Origin: Spirulina sp.
GTDB taxonomy: Bacteria > Cyanobacteriota > Cyanobacteriia > Phormidesmidales > Phormidesmidaceae
Direction: 5' to 3'
NCBI GenBank assembly: GCA_044070495.1
Contig: JBIPSI010000038.1
Coordinates: 1-46,788 of the forward strand
Length of the DNA stretch: 46,788 bases
Shown: positions 30,387-40,569 of the stretch, piece after piece
Layout of the letters: each line of letters begins with the position of its first letter
Numbering within the stretch: the first letter of the stretch is position 1
The notes under the pieces: generated by a model
What the model was told of the DNA's origin: nothing
The model's database searches: none
The model's input: only the letters and a program-made list of their open reading frames with translations
Made by a program: the position numbers and the translations under genes

Positions 30387-30416
30387 AAAAGCAGGGGTCG
30401 GTGGACTCCTGCTTTT
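30387..30416. terminator. Probable bidirectional intrinsic terminator between infC and the permease gene
   Basis: AAAAGCAGGGGTC-GGTG-GACTCCTGCTTTT hairpin with A-run and T-run flanks. Confidence 0.8.
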
Positions 30417-30488
30417 GCGTTATGCTTCTGTGTTGAAGGACTGTTTCTAATAGCTGAATTCAGGGTGAATTCAGGGTGCCCCAATCGC

Positions 30489-31907
30489 CTACTCGCGGGG
30501 GCCAGGGACGATCATGTTCAGCAGCAGGGCCATGGTGCCCCCGGTGGCAATGCCGGAGGAAAACACGCCGCGAATTAGGTAGGGGGTATTGGCCAGGGCA
30601 TCGGGCACAAAGGATACCCCCATGCCTAGCCCTAAGGAGGCCACCAAAATCAGCGTGCTGCGGCGGTTCAGGTTAACTCCGCTGAGAATTTTGATGCCCG
30701 AAGCCACCACTGAGGCAAACATCAGCAACGTTGCGCCCCCCAGCACGGGCTGGGGCATGGTCTGAAACAGCCCGCCGATGATGGGAAAGAAACCCAGCAG
30801 CGCCAGCATTCCGGCAATGAAGTAGCCCACATAGCGGCTGCCCACCCCGGTAAGCTGGATCACGCCGTTGTTTTGGCTAAAGGTGGTGTTGGGAAAGGTG
30901 TTGAAGATGGCGGCGATCAGTGAGTTTACCCCATCGCCCAAAATGCCGCCCTTCACCCGCTTCAGGTACAGTGGCCCTTCGATGGGTTCGCCCACCAGCA
31001 TAGAGGTCGCCGTTAGGTCGCCAATGGACTCGATGGTGGTAATCACAAACAAAAACGCCAGGGGAATGAACCCCGCCAGCCCAAAGCCAAACCCGTAGCG
31101 AAAGGGAACGGGCACCGTCACCAAAGAAAGCTGCGACAGCCCGCCGAAGTTGAGCATTCCCAGGGGCGTGGCCACCAGGTAGCCCACCACCAGGCCAATC
31201 AAAATCGCCGACATTCGCAAAAACGAGTTGCCCGTAAAGTTCAGAACCATAATCACCGTCAGCACCAGCAGCGAAACCCCCAGGTTTTGCAGGCTAGCAA
31301 AGCTGCCATCGGCACGGGCCGCAGGGCCACCCGCCATCGCCACCATCGCCACCTGAATCAAACTCAGGCCAATCATCAGCACCACAATGCCGCTGACCAG
31401 GGGCGTCATCACCTTTTTTAGCGGTTCAATAAAGAAGCTGAGGCCAATTTCAATGAAGGAGGCCAGCATACAAATGGTGAGTAGGTAGGCCAGGGTTTGC
31501 AGCGGTGTTCGGCCTCCGTCGATGGCGTTGGTGCCAACGGTGACCAGGGTACCCACAAAGGCAAAGCTAGTGCCCTGAATGCTCAGCAAGCCCGAACCCA
31601 CCGGGCCTACTTTGTGGATTTGAATAAAGGTGCAAACCCCCGACATCAGCAGCGACAAACTAATTAAATAGCTAATATCGTTGGCCTCTAATCCAATCGC
31701 ATTGCCCACCACCAAAGCCGGAGCAATGATATTCACAAAGGCGGCCATCACGTGCTGAAGTGCCGCCGAAATGGCTTGGGGTAGGGGCGGTTTATCGTTC
31801 AGCCCATAGATCATATCCACGGGCGGAAATAGGGATGAATTGGGCGGATCTTCAAGCACCTGGGCCGCAGATCCCGAAGTTCCCAGGCGCAATTGGTCGT
31901 CACTCAT
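30489..31907 (-). CDS. NCS2/NAT nucleobase permease, xanthine type (XanP/XanQ-like)
   Basis: LQH in TM1, ESIGDLTAT, NAT signature FSQNNGVIQLTG, PVLGG. Confidence 0.93.
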   Translation of the reverse strand: MSDDQLRLGTSGSAAQVLEDPPNSSLFPPVDMIYGLNDKPPLPQAISAALQHVMAAFVNIIAPALVVGNAIGLEANDISYLISLSLLMSGVCTFIQIHKVGPVGSGLLSIQGTSFAFVGTLVTVGTNAIDGGRTPLQTLAYLLTICMLASFIEIGLSFFIEPLKKVMTPLVSGIVVLMIGLSLIQVAMVAMAGGPAARADGSFASLQNLGVSLLVLTVIMVLNFTGNSFLRMSAILIGLVVGYLVATPLGMLNFGGLSQLSLVTVPVPFRYGFGFGLAGFIPLAFLFVITTIESIGDLTATSMLVGEPIEGPLYLKRVKGGILGDGVNSLIAAIFNTFPNTTFSQNNGVIQLTGVGSRYVGYFIAGMLALLGFFPIIGGLFQTMPQPVLGGATLLMFASVVASGIKILSGVNLNRRSTLILVASLGLGMGVSFVPDALANTPYLIRGVFSSGIATGGTMALLLNMIVPGPRE

Positions 31908-32169
31908 GGTTTTGCCTCATCTCAGCAAGGGTTTGGGTTGTGCTAGACCGGGCAATGGCCATCAAAATAGGGATCAATGGATCAACTTGAAAGGATCAAT
32001 TTGAAAATTTAGGCTAGAATTGCATCATTCACTACAGAAGTGCGAAAATCTAGCCCTGTTCCTATGTTTTTGCCTGCACAACTTAGGCAATTAGATTAGG
32101 GATGAACGGTGGAAATTTTGGGGAGGAAAACGTGGAGAAATCGGGGAAATTGTCTCCAGATTTTGATAT

Positions 32170-32850
32170 TCACTCCAGTGCCTTCATACGGTAGCCCACA
32201 CCATGGACGGTTTCAATTACGTCCTTGGGGGCACCCGCCTCCTTGAGCTTGGCCCGCAGGGTTTTGATGTAGCTCTTGATCGTGTTGGCTTCGGGGGCCT
32301 CTTGCCAGTGCCAAATCTGGTCGATAATGGCCGCCCGACTCAGCACCCGCCGACCATGGCGCAGCAGCGCTTCTAGTAGGGCAAATTCCTTGGGTGTGAG
32401 GTGGATGGGGGTGCGCTGGTAGGCGACCTCGTAGGTGGTGGGGTTGAGGGTGAGCAAGCCCCAGTGGAGGGTGGGTGTAAAGCTGGTTTGGCCCCGCCGC
32501 AATAGGGCGCGTACTTGGGCCAGCAGTTCTTCGCGGTGGAAGGGTTTGACCATGTAGGCATCGGCCCCGGCATCGAGGCCCGTCACCTTGTCGGAACTGG
32601 TGTCGCGGGCGGTGAGCATCAGCACCGGGGTGGTCAGGCCGCGATCACGCATTTGTTGACACAGCCGAATGCCATCCAGCTTGGGTAGGGTGACATCGAG
32701 CAGCACCAGGTCATAGGTAGCTTCGCTGACCTGCCGCCACCCCACCTCCCCATCGCGGGCGCAATCGACCTGATAGCGCTGGGCCACCAGAATCTCCCTC
32801 AAAGACTCCGCTAGGCGCACATCGTCTTCCACCAGCAGAATATGCATCAC
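32170..32850 (-). CDS. OmpR-family response regulator
   Basis: ILLVEDD, LLDVTLPKLDG, GADAYMVKPF, IETVHGVGYR. Confidence 0.95.
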   Translation of the reverse strand: MMHILLVEDDVRLAESLREILVAQRYQVDCARDGEVGWRQVSEATYDLVLLDVTLPKLDGIRLCQQMRDRGLTTPVLMLTARDTSSDKVTGLDAGADAYMVKPFHREELLAQVRALLRRGQTSFTPTLHWGLLTLNPTTYEVAYQRTPIHLTPKEFALLEALLRHGRRVLSRAAIIDQIWHWQEAPEANTIKSYIKTLRAKLKEAGAPKDVIETVHGVGYRMKALE

Positions 32851-32904
32851 GCTGATCTCCTCTCTTCACAGCCCAGCCAACCTTGACACCGCCAGCCCCA
32901 GCTT

Positions 32905-33073
32905 CAGTAGATCACAAACGAGCTCCTTTGCCACAATCCAGCCCACCCTTACGGGAAGCAAGCTACGCCCTAAATCCCTCTCCCCAAGGGAGAGGGACTT
33001 TGAAGACCGTTTCCGGCTCCCCTCTCCTCGTGGGAGAGGGGTTGGGGGTGGGGGTGGGCTTTGCGATCTACTG
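32905..33073 (+). mobile_element. 169-bp MITE with ISH3-like ends carrying hairpin cassette B
   Basis: CAGTAGATCACAAA ... TTTGCGATCTACTG (13/14 inverted repeat) around CCCTAAATCCCTCTCCC..GGGAGAGGGACTTTGA..CCCCTCTCC..GGAGAGGGG. Confidence 0.82.
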
Positions 33074-33267
33074 AGACTACCAAGCCGTCTGGGCAACACT
33101 GTGCCCTAGGAACCGTTGCCATGGACTCAGACCACTATTATTAAAATAAGTAAACCCACCGTCGCTGGGAGGGTTCCATCCCAACCGACGCCCCATTTCC
33201 CCAACGATAACGTTTGGGGGACGTTTTTCATTGGCGCTGCCTGTTTTATCCCCTAAAGCTGCTGATT

Positions 33268-36200
33268 ATGGCCTTTTCCTCCGTCACCCGTGCGCTGCAA
33301 CGTTCTCCCCTCACCACGGAACTGCTCGGCAAGCTCGATCAGCAGGGCAGTCTGCACCTCAACGGTGCGGCCCGATTGCCCAAGGGATTGGTGTCTTCGG
33401 CCTTGGCCCAAGCCCAGGAGCGGCCTTTGTTAGTGGTCACCGCCACCTTAGAAGAAGCCGGACGCTGGGCCACCCAACTAGAGGCCATGGGCTGGGATAC
33501 GGTGCATTTCTACCCCACCTCCGAAGCGTCGCCCTACGACCCCTTTGACCAAGAATCCGAGATGACCTGGGGGCAGCTTCAAGTCCTCGCTGACCTGCTG
33601 GCTTTGCGGGGAGAGGCCACGGCGCGACGGATTGCCATCGTGGCCACGGAACGCGCCCTTCAGCCCCACCTGCCCCCGGTGTCGGCGCTGGAACCCTACT
33701 GTCTGCGGCTGCAACTAAATCAGGAGGTGAACTTCAAAGCCCTGGGGCAGCAGTTGGCGAAGCTGGGCTACGAGCGGGTGACGGTGGTAGAAACCGAGGG
33801 CCAGTGGGCGCAGCGGGGCGACATTATTGATGTGTATCCCGTGGCGGCGGAATTGCCCGTGCGGCTAGAACTGTTTGGCGATGAGCTAGAACGGATGCGC
33901 GAGTTTGACCCCTCCACTCAGCGCTCCCTGGATGCCATTGATTACCTCGTCCTCACCCCTACCCAGTACGGCCCGGTAATTCTGGAATCCCTGCGAGAAC
34001 AGGGCAACTTGGAAGGTCTATTTTCTGAAGCCGCCCTAGAAGGACTCAACGACGGCATCGTTCCCGAAGGCACCCGCCGCTGGCTGGGGCTGGCCTTTGA
34101 TAGTCCGGCTTCGCTGTTGGATTACTTACCTGAGACAACGCTACTCGCCATCGATGAAGTCGATCAGTGCCAAGCCCACGGAGATCGGTGGGTGGAGCAT
34201 GTGGAGGAGCATTGGCAAGAGGTCGGGAGTCGGGAGTTGGGAGTCGGGAGTGAGGATGGTGAAGAGGGTGAGGATGGTGCCACAGACTCCACCACCCCAC
34301 CATCCCACCACCCCACCACCCCACCACCCCACCACCCCACCACCCCACCACTCCCCAAAATCCACCGTCCTTTTGCGGATACCCTGGCCGATGCGGAAGT
34401 CTTCCCGCGCCTGTTTCTGTCGGAACTCACGGAAGTCAATCACGGCGGGCTGAATTTGGCGAGTCGTCCGGTTCCGGCGATTCCCCACCAGTTTGGCAAG
34501 CTGGCGGAAACGATTCGGCAGGAGTGCGACCGCAGGCATTCGGTGTGGCTGGTGTCGGCCCAGCCCTCGCGGTCGGTGGCGCTGTTGCAGGAGCACGATT
34601 GTCCGGCCCAGTTTATTCCGAATCCTAGGGACTACAACGCCATCGATAAGCTCCAGGGGCAGCGGGTGCCTGTGGCGGTGAAGTATTCTGGCCTCGCGGA
34701 GCTGGAGGGCTTTGTGTTGCCCACCTTCCGCATTGCCATTGTCACCGACCGGGAATTTTTTGGGCAGCATACCCTGGCCACGGGCGGCTATGTGCGCAAG
34801 CGGCGGCGGGCGGCCTCGAAGCAGGTAGACCCCAACAAGATGAAGCCGGGGGATTTTGTGGTGCATCGCAGCCACGGCATCGGTAAATTCATCAAGCTGG
34901 AAAGCCTCACCCTCAACCACGAAACCCGCGATTACCTGGTGATTCAGTACGCCGATGGGCTGCTGCGGGTGGCGGCGGATTCCGTGGGTTCCCTCTCCCG
35001 CTATCGGGCGGCGACGGGGCAGGCTCCGGTGCTGAACAAAATGACCAGTTCCGCCTGGGAGAAAACCAAGGGCAAGGCCAAGAAGGCGATTCAAAAGGTG
35101 GCGGTGGATCTGCTCCAGCTCTACGCCCAGCGGGCCAAGCAGGAGGGGTTTTCCTTTCCGGCGGATATGCCCTGGCAGCAGGAGCTTGAGGATTCCTTCC
35201 CCTACCAGGCCACTCCGGATCAACTTAAGGCGGTGCAGGATGTAAAGCGCGACATGGAGAGCGACCGCCCTATGGATCGCCTGGTCTGCGGCGATGTGGG
35301 CTTTGGCAAAACCGAGGTCGCCCTACGCGCCATCTTCAAGGCCGTCACCGCTGGCAAACAGGTGGCCCTGCTGGCTCCCACCACCATCCTCACCCAGCAG
35401 CACTACCACACCCTCAAGGAACGCTTCGCCCCCTACCCAATCCAGGTGGGCCTGCTGAACCGTTTCCGCACCCAATCCGAGAAAAAAGACATCCTGCAAC
35501 GGCTGAAGACTGGGGAACTGGACATCGTCGTCGGCACCCACCAACTGCTGGGCAAGGGCATCGATTTCAAGAGTCTGGGTCTACTCGTTGTCGATGAAGA
35601 ACAGCGGTTTGGGGTGAACCAAAAGGAGCGGATCAAATCCCTCAAAACCCAGGTGGATGTGCTCACCCTCAGCGCCACGCCGATTCCGCGCACCCTCTAC
35701 ATGGCCCTCTCCGGCGTGCGAGAAATGAGCCTGATCACCACGCCGCCCCCCTCCCGCCGACCGATCAAAACCCACCTGTCTCCCCTCGACCCAGAAGCCA
35801 TCCGCACCGCCATTCGCCAAGAACTGGATCGCGGCGGCCAAGTGTTCTACGTGGTGCCCAGGGTGGAGGGCATCGAGGATGTCTCCGCCAAAATTCGGGA
35901 AATGGTGCCCGCCGCCCGCATCGCCGTCGCCCACGGCCAAATGGACGAAGGCGAACTGGAATCCACCATGCTCACCTTCAGCAACGGCGATGCCGAAGTC
36001 CTGGTCTGCACCACCATCATCGAATCGGGTCTAGACATCCCCCGCGTCAACACCATTCTGGTGGAAGATGCCCACCGCTTTGGCCTCTCCCAGCTTTATC
36101 AGTTGCGCGGTCGGGTAGGACGGGCCGGAATCCAAGCCCACGCCTGGTTGTTCTACCCCAAAAAAGCCCTCTCCGACAAAGCCCGCCAGCGGCTCCGGGC

Positions 36201-36852
36201 CATCCAAGAATTCACCCAACTCGGCTCCGGCTATCAACTGGCCATGCGAGACATGGAAATTCGCGGCGTCGGCAACCTGCTGGGCGTCGAGCAATCCGGC
36301 CAAATGGACGCCATCGGCTTCGACCTCTACATGGACATGCTGGAGGAAGCCATCGCCGAAATTCGCGGCCAAGACATCCCCCAAGTCGAAGACACCCAGG
36401 TGGATCTCAACATCACCGCCTTCGTCCCCAACGACTACATCCCCGACCTCGAACAAAAGATGAGCGCCTACCGCAGCCTCGCCGCCGCCAACAGCAAGGT
36501 GGAACTGATGCAGATCGCCGCCGACCTCAGCGACCGCTACGGCCCCATCCCCCACGCCACCGAACAACTGGTGCGAATGCTGGAACTCAAACTCGTCGCC
36601 AAGGCCGCAGGCATCGCCCGCATCAAACCCGAAGGCAAACAACACGTCATCCTAGAAACCCCCATGGAAGGCCCCGCCTGGAAAAAACTCAGCGAGAAAC
36701 TGCCCAGCCACCTCCAGTCTCGCTTTGTCTACGGCAGCGGCAAAATTGTGGTGCGCGGCCTGGGTGCCCTCAAACCCGAAAAACAACTCGAAAGCCTCAC
36801 CGAATGGCTGGGGCTTTTGCAGGAAGCCATACCAGAGCCGCTGGCTAGTTAA
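33268..36852 (+). CDS. mfd: Transcription-repair coupling factor
   Basis: RGDIIDVYP UvrB-like, [55 protein letters not shown]; start ATG 33268. Confidence 0.98.
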   Translation: MAFSSVTRALQRSPLTTELLGKLDQQGSLHLNGAARLPKGLVSSALAQAQERPLLVVTATLEEAGRWATQLEAMGWDTVHFYPTSEASPYDPFDQESEMTWGQLQVLADLLALRGEATARRIAIVATERALQPHLPPVSALEPYCLRLQLNQEVNFKALGQQLAKLGYERVTVVETEGQWAQRGDIIDVYPVAAELPVRLELFGDELERMREFDPSTQRSLDAIDYLVLTPTQYGPVILESLREQGNLEGLFSEAALEGLNDGIVPEGTRRWLGLAFDSPASLLDYLPETTLLAIDEVDQCQAHGDRWVEHVEEHWQEVGSRELGVGSEDGEEGEDGATDSTTPPSHHPTTPPPHHPTTPPLPKIHRPFADTLADAEVFPRLFLSELTEVNHGGLNLASRPVPAIPHQFGKLAETIRQECDRRHSVWLVSAQPSRSVALLQEHDCPAQFIPNPRDYNAIDKLQGQRVPVAVKYSGLAELEGFVLPTFRIAIVTDREFFGQHTLATGGYVRKRRRAASKQVDPNKMKPGDFVVHRSHGIGKFIKLESLTLNHETRDYLVIQYADGLLRVAADSVGSLSRYRAATGQAPVLNKMTSSAWEKTKGKAKKAIQKVAVDLLQLYAQRAKQEGFSFPADMPWQQELEDSFPYQATPDQLKAVQDVKRDMESDRPMDRLVCGDVGFGKTEVALRAIFKAVTAGKQVALLAPTTILTQQHYHTLKERFAPYPIQVGLLNRFRTQSEKKDILQRLKTGELDIVVGTHQLLGKGIDFKSLGLLVVDEEQRFGVNQKERIKSLKTQVDVLTLSATPIPRTLYMALSGVREMSLITTPPPSRRPIKTHLSPLDPEAIRTAIRQELDRGGQVFYVVPRVEGIEDVSAKIREMVPAARIAVAHGQMDEGELESTMLTFSNGDAEVLVCTTIIESGLDIPRVNTILVEDAHRFGLSQLYQLRGRVGRAGIQAHAWLFYPKKALSDKARQRLRAIQEFTQLGSGYQLAMRDMEIRGVGNLLGVEQSGQMDAIGFDLYMDMLEEAIAEIRGQDIPQVEDTQVDLNITAFVPNDYIPDLEQKMSAYRSLAAANSKVELMQIAADLSDRYGPIPHATEQLVRMLELKLVAKAAGIARIKPEGKQHVILETPMEGPAWKKLSEKLPSHLQSRFVYGSGKIVVRGLGALKPEKQLESLTEWLGLLQEAIPEPLAS
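34225..34352 (+). repeat. Composite tandem repeat inside mfd: (GGGAGTY)x4, 9-mer x3, (CCACCACC)x8
   Basis: Counted directly; encodes [18 protein letters not shown]...[20 protein letters not shown]. Confidence 0.9.
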
Positions 36853-36868
36853 ACTGGAGGGAAATACT

Positions 36869-37147
36869 ATGGAGTTTGAGTGGGATTCATCGAAAGCCAC
36901 TAGCAACCTCAGGAAGCACGGTGTTAGCTTTGAGGAAGCCCAAACCGTCTTTGCCAATTCCCTAGCCATCATCTTTGAAGATGAAACTCACTCAGTTAAC
37001 GAACAACGCGAAATCATCATTGGCCATTCCCGACAAAATCGATTGCTGCTAGTCGCATTCACTGAACGATCTAGGAAAACTCGTATCATTAGCGCCCGTT
37101 TAGCCACTCGACAGGAACGTGAGGATTATGAACGAAACACCTTCTAA
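36869..37147 (+). CDS. brnT: BrnT-family toxin (DUF497)
   Basis: MEFEWDSSKATSNLRKHGVSFEEA, EQREIIIG, RIISARLAT; GGAGG RBS. Confidence 0.92.
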   Translation: MEFEWDSSKATSNLRKHGVSFEEAQTVFANSLAIIFEDETHSVNEQREIIIGHSRQNRLLLVAFTERSRKTRIISARLATRQEREDYERNTF

Positions 37148-37358
37148 CCCCATATCTCCCTCTGACGATGATTTACAGTCGGAATATCGCTTCGACTACC
37201 GTAAAGCAAAGCCTAATCGTTTTGCTACTGGGAATAATATAGAAAAACTAAAAGTCGTTGTTTTAGACGATGATGTAGCCCAGGTCTTTACAACGCCTGA
37301 AGCCGTCAATAAAGCTCTTAGGGCGTTCATTGAAGCCATGCCACAGCCGCAAAGATAA
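37128..37358 (+). CDS. Putative BrnA-like antitoxin
   Basis: Overlaps brnT 3' end; EYRFDYRKAKPNRF and VVLDDDVAQVF..AVNKALR. Confidence 0.8.
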   Translation: MNETPSNPISPSDDDLQSEYRFDYRKAKPNRFATGNNIEKLKVVVLDDDVAQVFTTPEAVNKALRAFIEAMPQPQR

Positions 37359-37368
37359 GAAAAAATAG

Positions 37369-37635
37369 ATGCAGAAAATCGATACCACGTCATCCCTCGC
37401 ACTCGTCCCAGCCAAGACTGAGTGGGATTTTGTTGAGGTATGGATCGACCCCTTGCTGTCTCCGCCTTACCTTTTGTTGTTGATGGGTGATCCCTCTGGT
37501 AGTTGTCACATCCATGATCCGGCAGATGGGTACAAAGTTGTGTTTAGTAGTGCCACCTATGACGAAGCCCAAACCTGGCTACTAGAAGATGAATATGAAC
37601 CTGTTGAAGGGCGATTGACTGAATCCGATTTATAG
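37369..37635 (+). CDS. Small acidic hypothetical protein, 88 aa
   Basis: ATG 10 nt after the antitoxin stop; co-oriented with the TA genes. Confidence 0.7.
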   Translation: MQKIDTTSSLALVPAKTEWDFVEVWIDPLLSPPYLLLLMGDPSGSCHIHDPADGYKVVFSSATYDEAQTWLLEDEYEPVEGRLTESDL

Positions 37636-37691
37636 CGTCCTAAGCTTTTATTTACACAAGAAGCACAATATTTTTGACGGATGACTAGCCC

Positions 37692-37892
37692 ATGAAAATC
37701 AAAGCTGTAATTTGGCAAGAAGATGGCGTTTGGTGTGGCTCTGTACCTGCTTTGCCAGGATGCCATACTTGGGGAGAAAGCTACGACCATTTGCTGGAGA
37801 TGCTGGAAGAGGCGATTCAAGGCTGGTTAGATGTTGCTAGTCAGAAAGATGATATTGAACCTGAAAAACAGCTTGTTGAACTGTCTCTATGA
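37692..37892 (+). CDS. hicB: HicB-family antitoxin (short form)
   Basis: VPALPGCHTWGES....EMLEEAIQGWL. Confidence 0.9.
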   Translation: MKIKAVIWQEDGVWCGSVPALPGCHTWGESYDHLLEMLEEAIQGWLDVASQKDDIEPEKQLVELSL

Positions 37893-38095
37893 AATCCGTA
37901 TCGGGCAAAGCCTTCTGTAAAATTCTTGAACGCCACGGCTGGATTTTGAAGCGGGTAACTGGCAGTCATCACATTTATATAAAAAAGGGGGTTGACTGCA
38001 TCTTGTCTATTCCAGTTCATAGTAGCCGAGATTTGCCTATAGGTCTGTTAAGAAAACTGCTGAAGGATGCAGGCTTAACCGAAGAAAACCTTTAA
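37889..38095 (+). CDS. hicA: HicA-family mRNA interferase toxin
   Basis: LERHGW..KRVTGSHHIY, IPVH, DLPIGLLRKLLKDAGL; ATGA overlap with hicB. Confidence 0.92.
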   Translation: MKSVSGKAFCKILERHGWILKRVTGSHHIYIKKGVDCILSIPVHSSRDLPIGLLRKLLKDAGLTEENL

Positions 38096-38153
38096 ACTAT
38101 TGATTTTGTGACTCTATTGAGAGGCAGAGAAATTCAGACAAAGGAGTAAACCC

Positions 38154-38366
38154 ATGAAAACCTATTATCCGCTCTTTTCTAAAGTTTCCTTAGCTGAAGA
38201 TTTGCCAGAACATCATCTTAAACGTGGAGATGTTGGCACCATCGTCGAGCATTACCCTATGCCCGACGATGAAGAGGATGGCTATAGCTTAGAAGGTTTT
38301 GGGGTGCCAAACATAACTATTGAAGTTTCAGTCTCACAAATTATTTCTGTGAAGCAATGGCAGTTA
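38154..38366 (+). pseudogene. DUF4926-family protein interrupted by IS5
   Basis: VSLAEDLPEHHLKRGDVGTIVE..GYSLE; reading frame enters the IS after codon 71. Confidence 0.72.
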
Positions 38367-39288
38367 GAGCTGATTTCTAAACCAAATCTTAAGCCGCCGC
38401 TCGCTTCAACATGAGTCGAATGAGCGCACCGTAAATCATCGCTTCACTGAACTCCGTGTAGACCTCGTAATCCTTACTCAGCCGTCGATAGCGATTCAAC
38501 CAGCCAAACGTCCGCTCAACAATCCATCGCTTGGGGAGCACCTCAAATGTCTTAGCGTTCCGCTTAATCACTTCGACTCGAACCTGCTCACCACAGACCT
38601 CACGAATGGCACGGGCAAAGTGCTCTCCAGAGTAGCCCTGGTCAACATAGACCACCTCCAACGCCGAAAGCCGCTCATGAATGGACTCAAAAACGACAAC
38701 GGTCCCTAAGCGTTCTGACATGTTGGCCTCAGTCACGAGCACGCCGAGAACGAATCCTTGGGAATCGACGACGATAGGTTGCTTACGGCCCTTAACCTTC
38801 TTGCCACCATCAAAGCCGTAGACCTCCCCCTTTTTTCCGTCGTCTTCACCGATTGTGAGTCAGCGATAGCGACGCTAGAGTCTGGGTCTCGATTCATCCC
38901 TTCCCGAAGGTCTTGCCTCAGGTCATCGTGCAAGGCTTGCCAAATGCCTTTGCGCTGCCATTTCCGAAAGTACTTGTACACCGTGGTGTGCGGAGGAAAG
39001 TCGTGGGGTAGCATTTCCCATTGACAACCACTGCGCTGTACATAGAAGATCGCGTTAAGGATTTCCCTGAAATCAACCTCCCGTGGGCGTCCAAACCCCT
39101 TTGGTGAGGGCAACTTGGGCTCAATCAGAGCCCACTCTGCATCGCTCATGTCACTTGGGTAGAGTGCGCGGGTAGGGTTGGCGACAGTGGGCAGCTTGCT
39201 CATGATTCTGAAGCCTAGCGACACCTCTAGCCTAAAAACCCATCCCCTACCATCCCCTCAATTTTAGGTTTTCTTTAGAAATTAGCTC
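38367..39288 (-). mobile_element. IS5-family insertion sequence (IS1031-like), 922 bp
   Basis: 15-bp TIRs GAGCTGATTTCTAAA / TTTAGAAATTAGCTC (1 mismatch); TTA on both flanks (38364-66, 39289-91). Confidence 0.93.
38389..39203 (-). CDS. IS5 transposase split over two frames, probable -1 frameshift
   Basis: YPSDMSDAEW, GCQWEMLPHDFP, DSQSVKT; AAAAAAG at about 38830-38836; second frame GFDGGKKVKGRK, DQGY, RWIVERTFGWL. Confidence 0.88.
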
Positions 39289-39392
39289 TTAAAAAAGGCA
39301 GGTCTAACATGATTGCACCCAAAGCCCGAGACAAATTCTGGATTGCGGCTATCGCTGGTGTCATTCTGCTGACTCCTAATCCCGGCTTGGCC

Positions 39393-40364
39393 TCACCGTC
39401 GTTTTAACGTTTGGGAGGGGGATTCGCCGAACAGTTGTTTGTAATCTTTAGAGAAGTGGCCCAGGCTAAAGAATCCCCATTGGTGGGCAATCTGAGCTAC
39501 GGTTTCGGGTTTGGGATCCGCGTAGAGCAAAGCTCGCCGAATGCCGTGGAGGCGTTGTACCTTCACAAAGGCCATTGGCCCCATTCCCAACATGTCTTGA
39601 AATCCGTATTGCAGGGATCGCTGGCTGATGCAAACCGCCTGACAAATTTGGGCCAGGGTCAGGGGTTGATCTAGGTTCTCCATGATGTACGCCTTGGCCG
39701 TAGACACTAGGTCTGCTCGACGGTAGGAACGGGGGGCCTTGGCTTGATGGGCCGGAGGCAGAGCATCGATCAACAGTGGCATTAAGTCTTGTTCCAGCAG
39801 GGTAGCCGCTTGGGGTGTCTGCCCCCAAACCTGGATTGCTCCGGCCTGAAAAAGTTGGCGGAGATAGGCACAAAGGGGAGAAAACCGATCAAGCGTCGGT
39901 ACTACTATATTGCGCTGGAGGAATACCTCATCTAAGTCGTAGCGGTGAGCGAGGGCGGCATAGTGTTGAAAGACGGCCTTGGACACATCAATTTTGCATT
40001 GATCCTGACCATCTGGGGAGGTAATAAGATGTACAGGACGCTCAATGTCAAAACCAAAAATTGCGTTGGCCACCAGGGGGCGATCACGGGCGAAGGCAGG
40101 TCGTGCTGGTGTGTTTAGGAGAACGACAAATCTGAAGCGATCAGGCCGTTTGTCATTGATGACCTGGAGCGATTGGCTAGCCTGCTGCCGGGTCACACTC
40201 AGGCTAGGGCTTATCATCCAAGCAGCCAAACACCCTTGAAAAGCACCCCGACTAAGCTGGGTCACCTGGAAGCCACTAGCGGCAAGGGCTTCACCAAAGT
40301 GATCCACATCATTGAAAGTGGCCTCTAGATACCTAGGCCGATCAGTCGCTGGCGGTTCATGCAT
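39393..40364 (-). CDS. AraC-family transcriptional regulator (EutR-like)
   Basis: TQLSRGAFQG N-terminus, SQRSLQYGFQDMLGMGP, WGFFSLGHFSKDYKQLFGESPS. Confidence 0.93.
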   Translation of the reverse strand: MHEPPATDRPRYLEATFNDVDHFGEALAASGFQVTQLSRGAFQGCLAAWMISPSLSVTRQQASQSLQVINDKRPDRFRFVVLLNTPARPAFARDRPLVANAIFGFDIERPVHLITSPDGQDQCKIDVSKAVFQHYAALAHRYDLDEVFLQRNIVVPTLDRFSPLCAYLRQLFQAGAIQVWGQTPQAATLLEQDLMPLLIDALPPAHQAKAPRSYRRADLVSTAKAYIMENLDQPLTLAQICQAVCISQRSLQYGFQDMLGMGPMAFVKVQRLHGIRRALLYADPKPETVAQIAHQWGFFSLGHFSKDYKQLFGESPSQTLKRR

Positions 40365-40380
40365 TCCTCATCTCACAGCG

Positions 40381-40518
40381 GTAGGGGCTGGTTGACTGAC
40401 AAAACTTGCTAGAACCCATATCTGTCAGAGGGTCAGGAGACCTGAACCCTACATGAAAACAATACTGTAGGGGAGCAGTTTTCGCGCCCGACGCAGAAGC
40501 TTTTGTCAGTCAGCCAGC
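40381..40518. repeat. Long GTAG-initiated inverted repeat enclosing two back-to-back REPs
   Basis: Arms GCTGGTTGACTGACAAAA (40387-40404) and TTTTGTCAGTCAGCCAGC (40501-40518); internal REPs end at 40452 (minus) and start at 40467 (plus). Confidence 0.72.
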
Positions 40519-40569
40519 GGTGGGGGCATCATTATGATTCAGAATATCATTTAGTGTTAGGTAGTACTG

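Noticed and set aside
31908..32169. Purine riboswitch ahead of the NCS2 permease
   Set aside because: No recognisable aptamer core or expression-platform terminator; an Rfam scan would settle it
34141..35223. 360-aa antisense ORF within mfd, and similar long shadow ORFs elsewhere
   Set aside because: Explained by GC-rich codon bias of well-supported genes on the opposite strand
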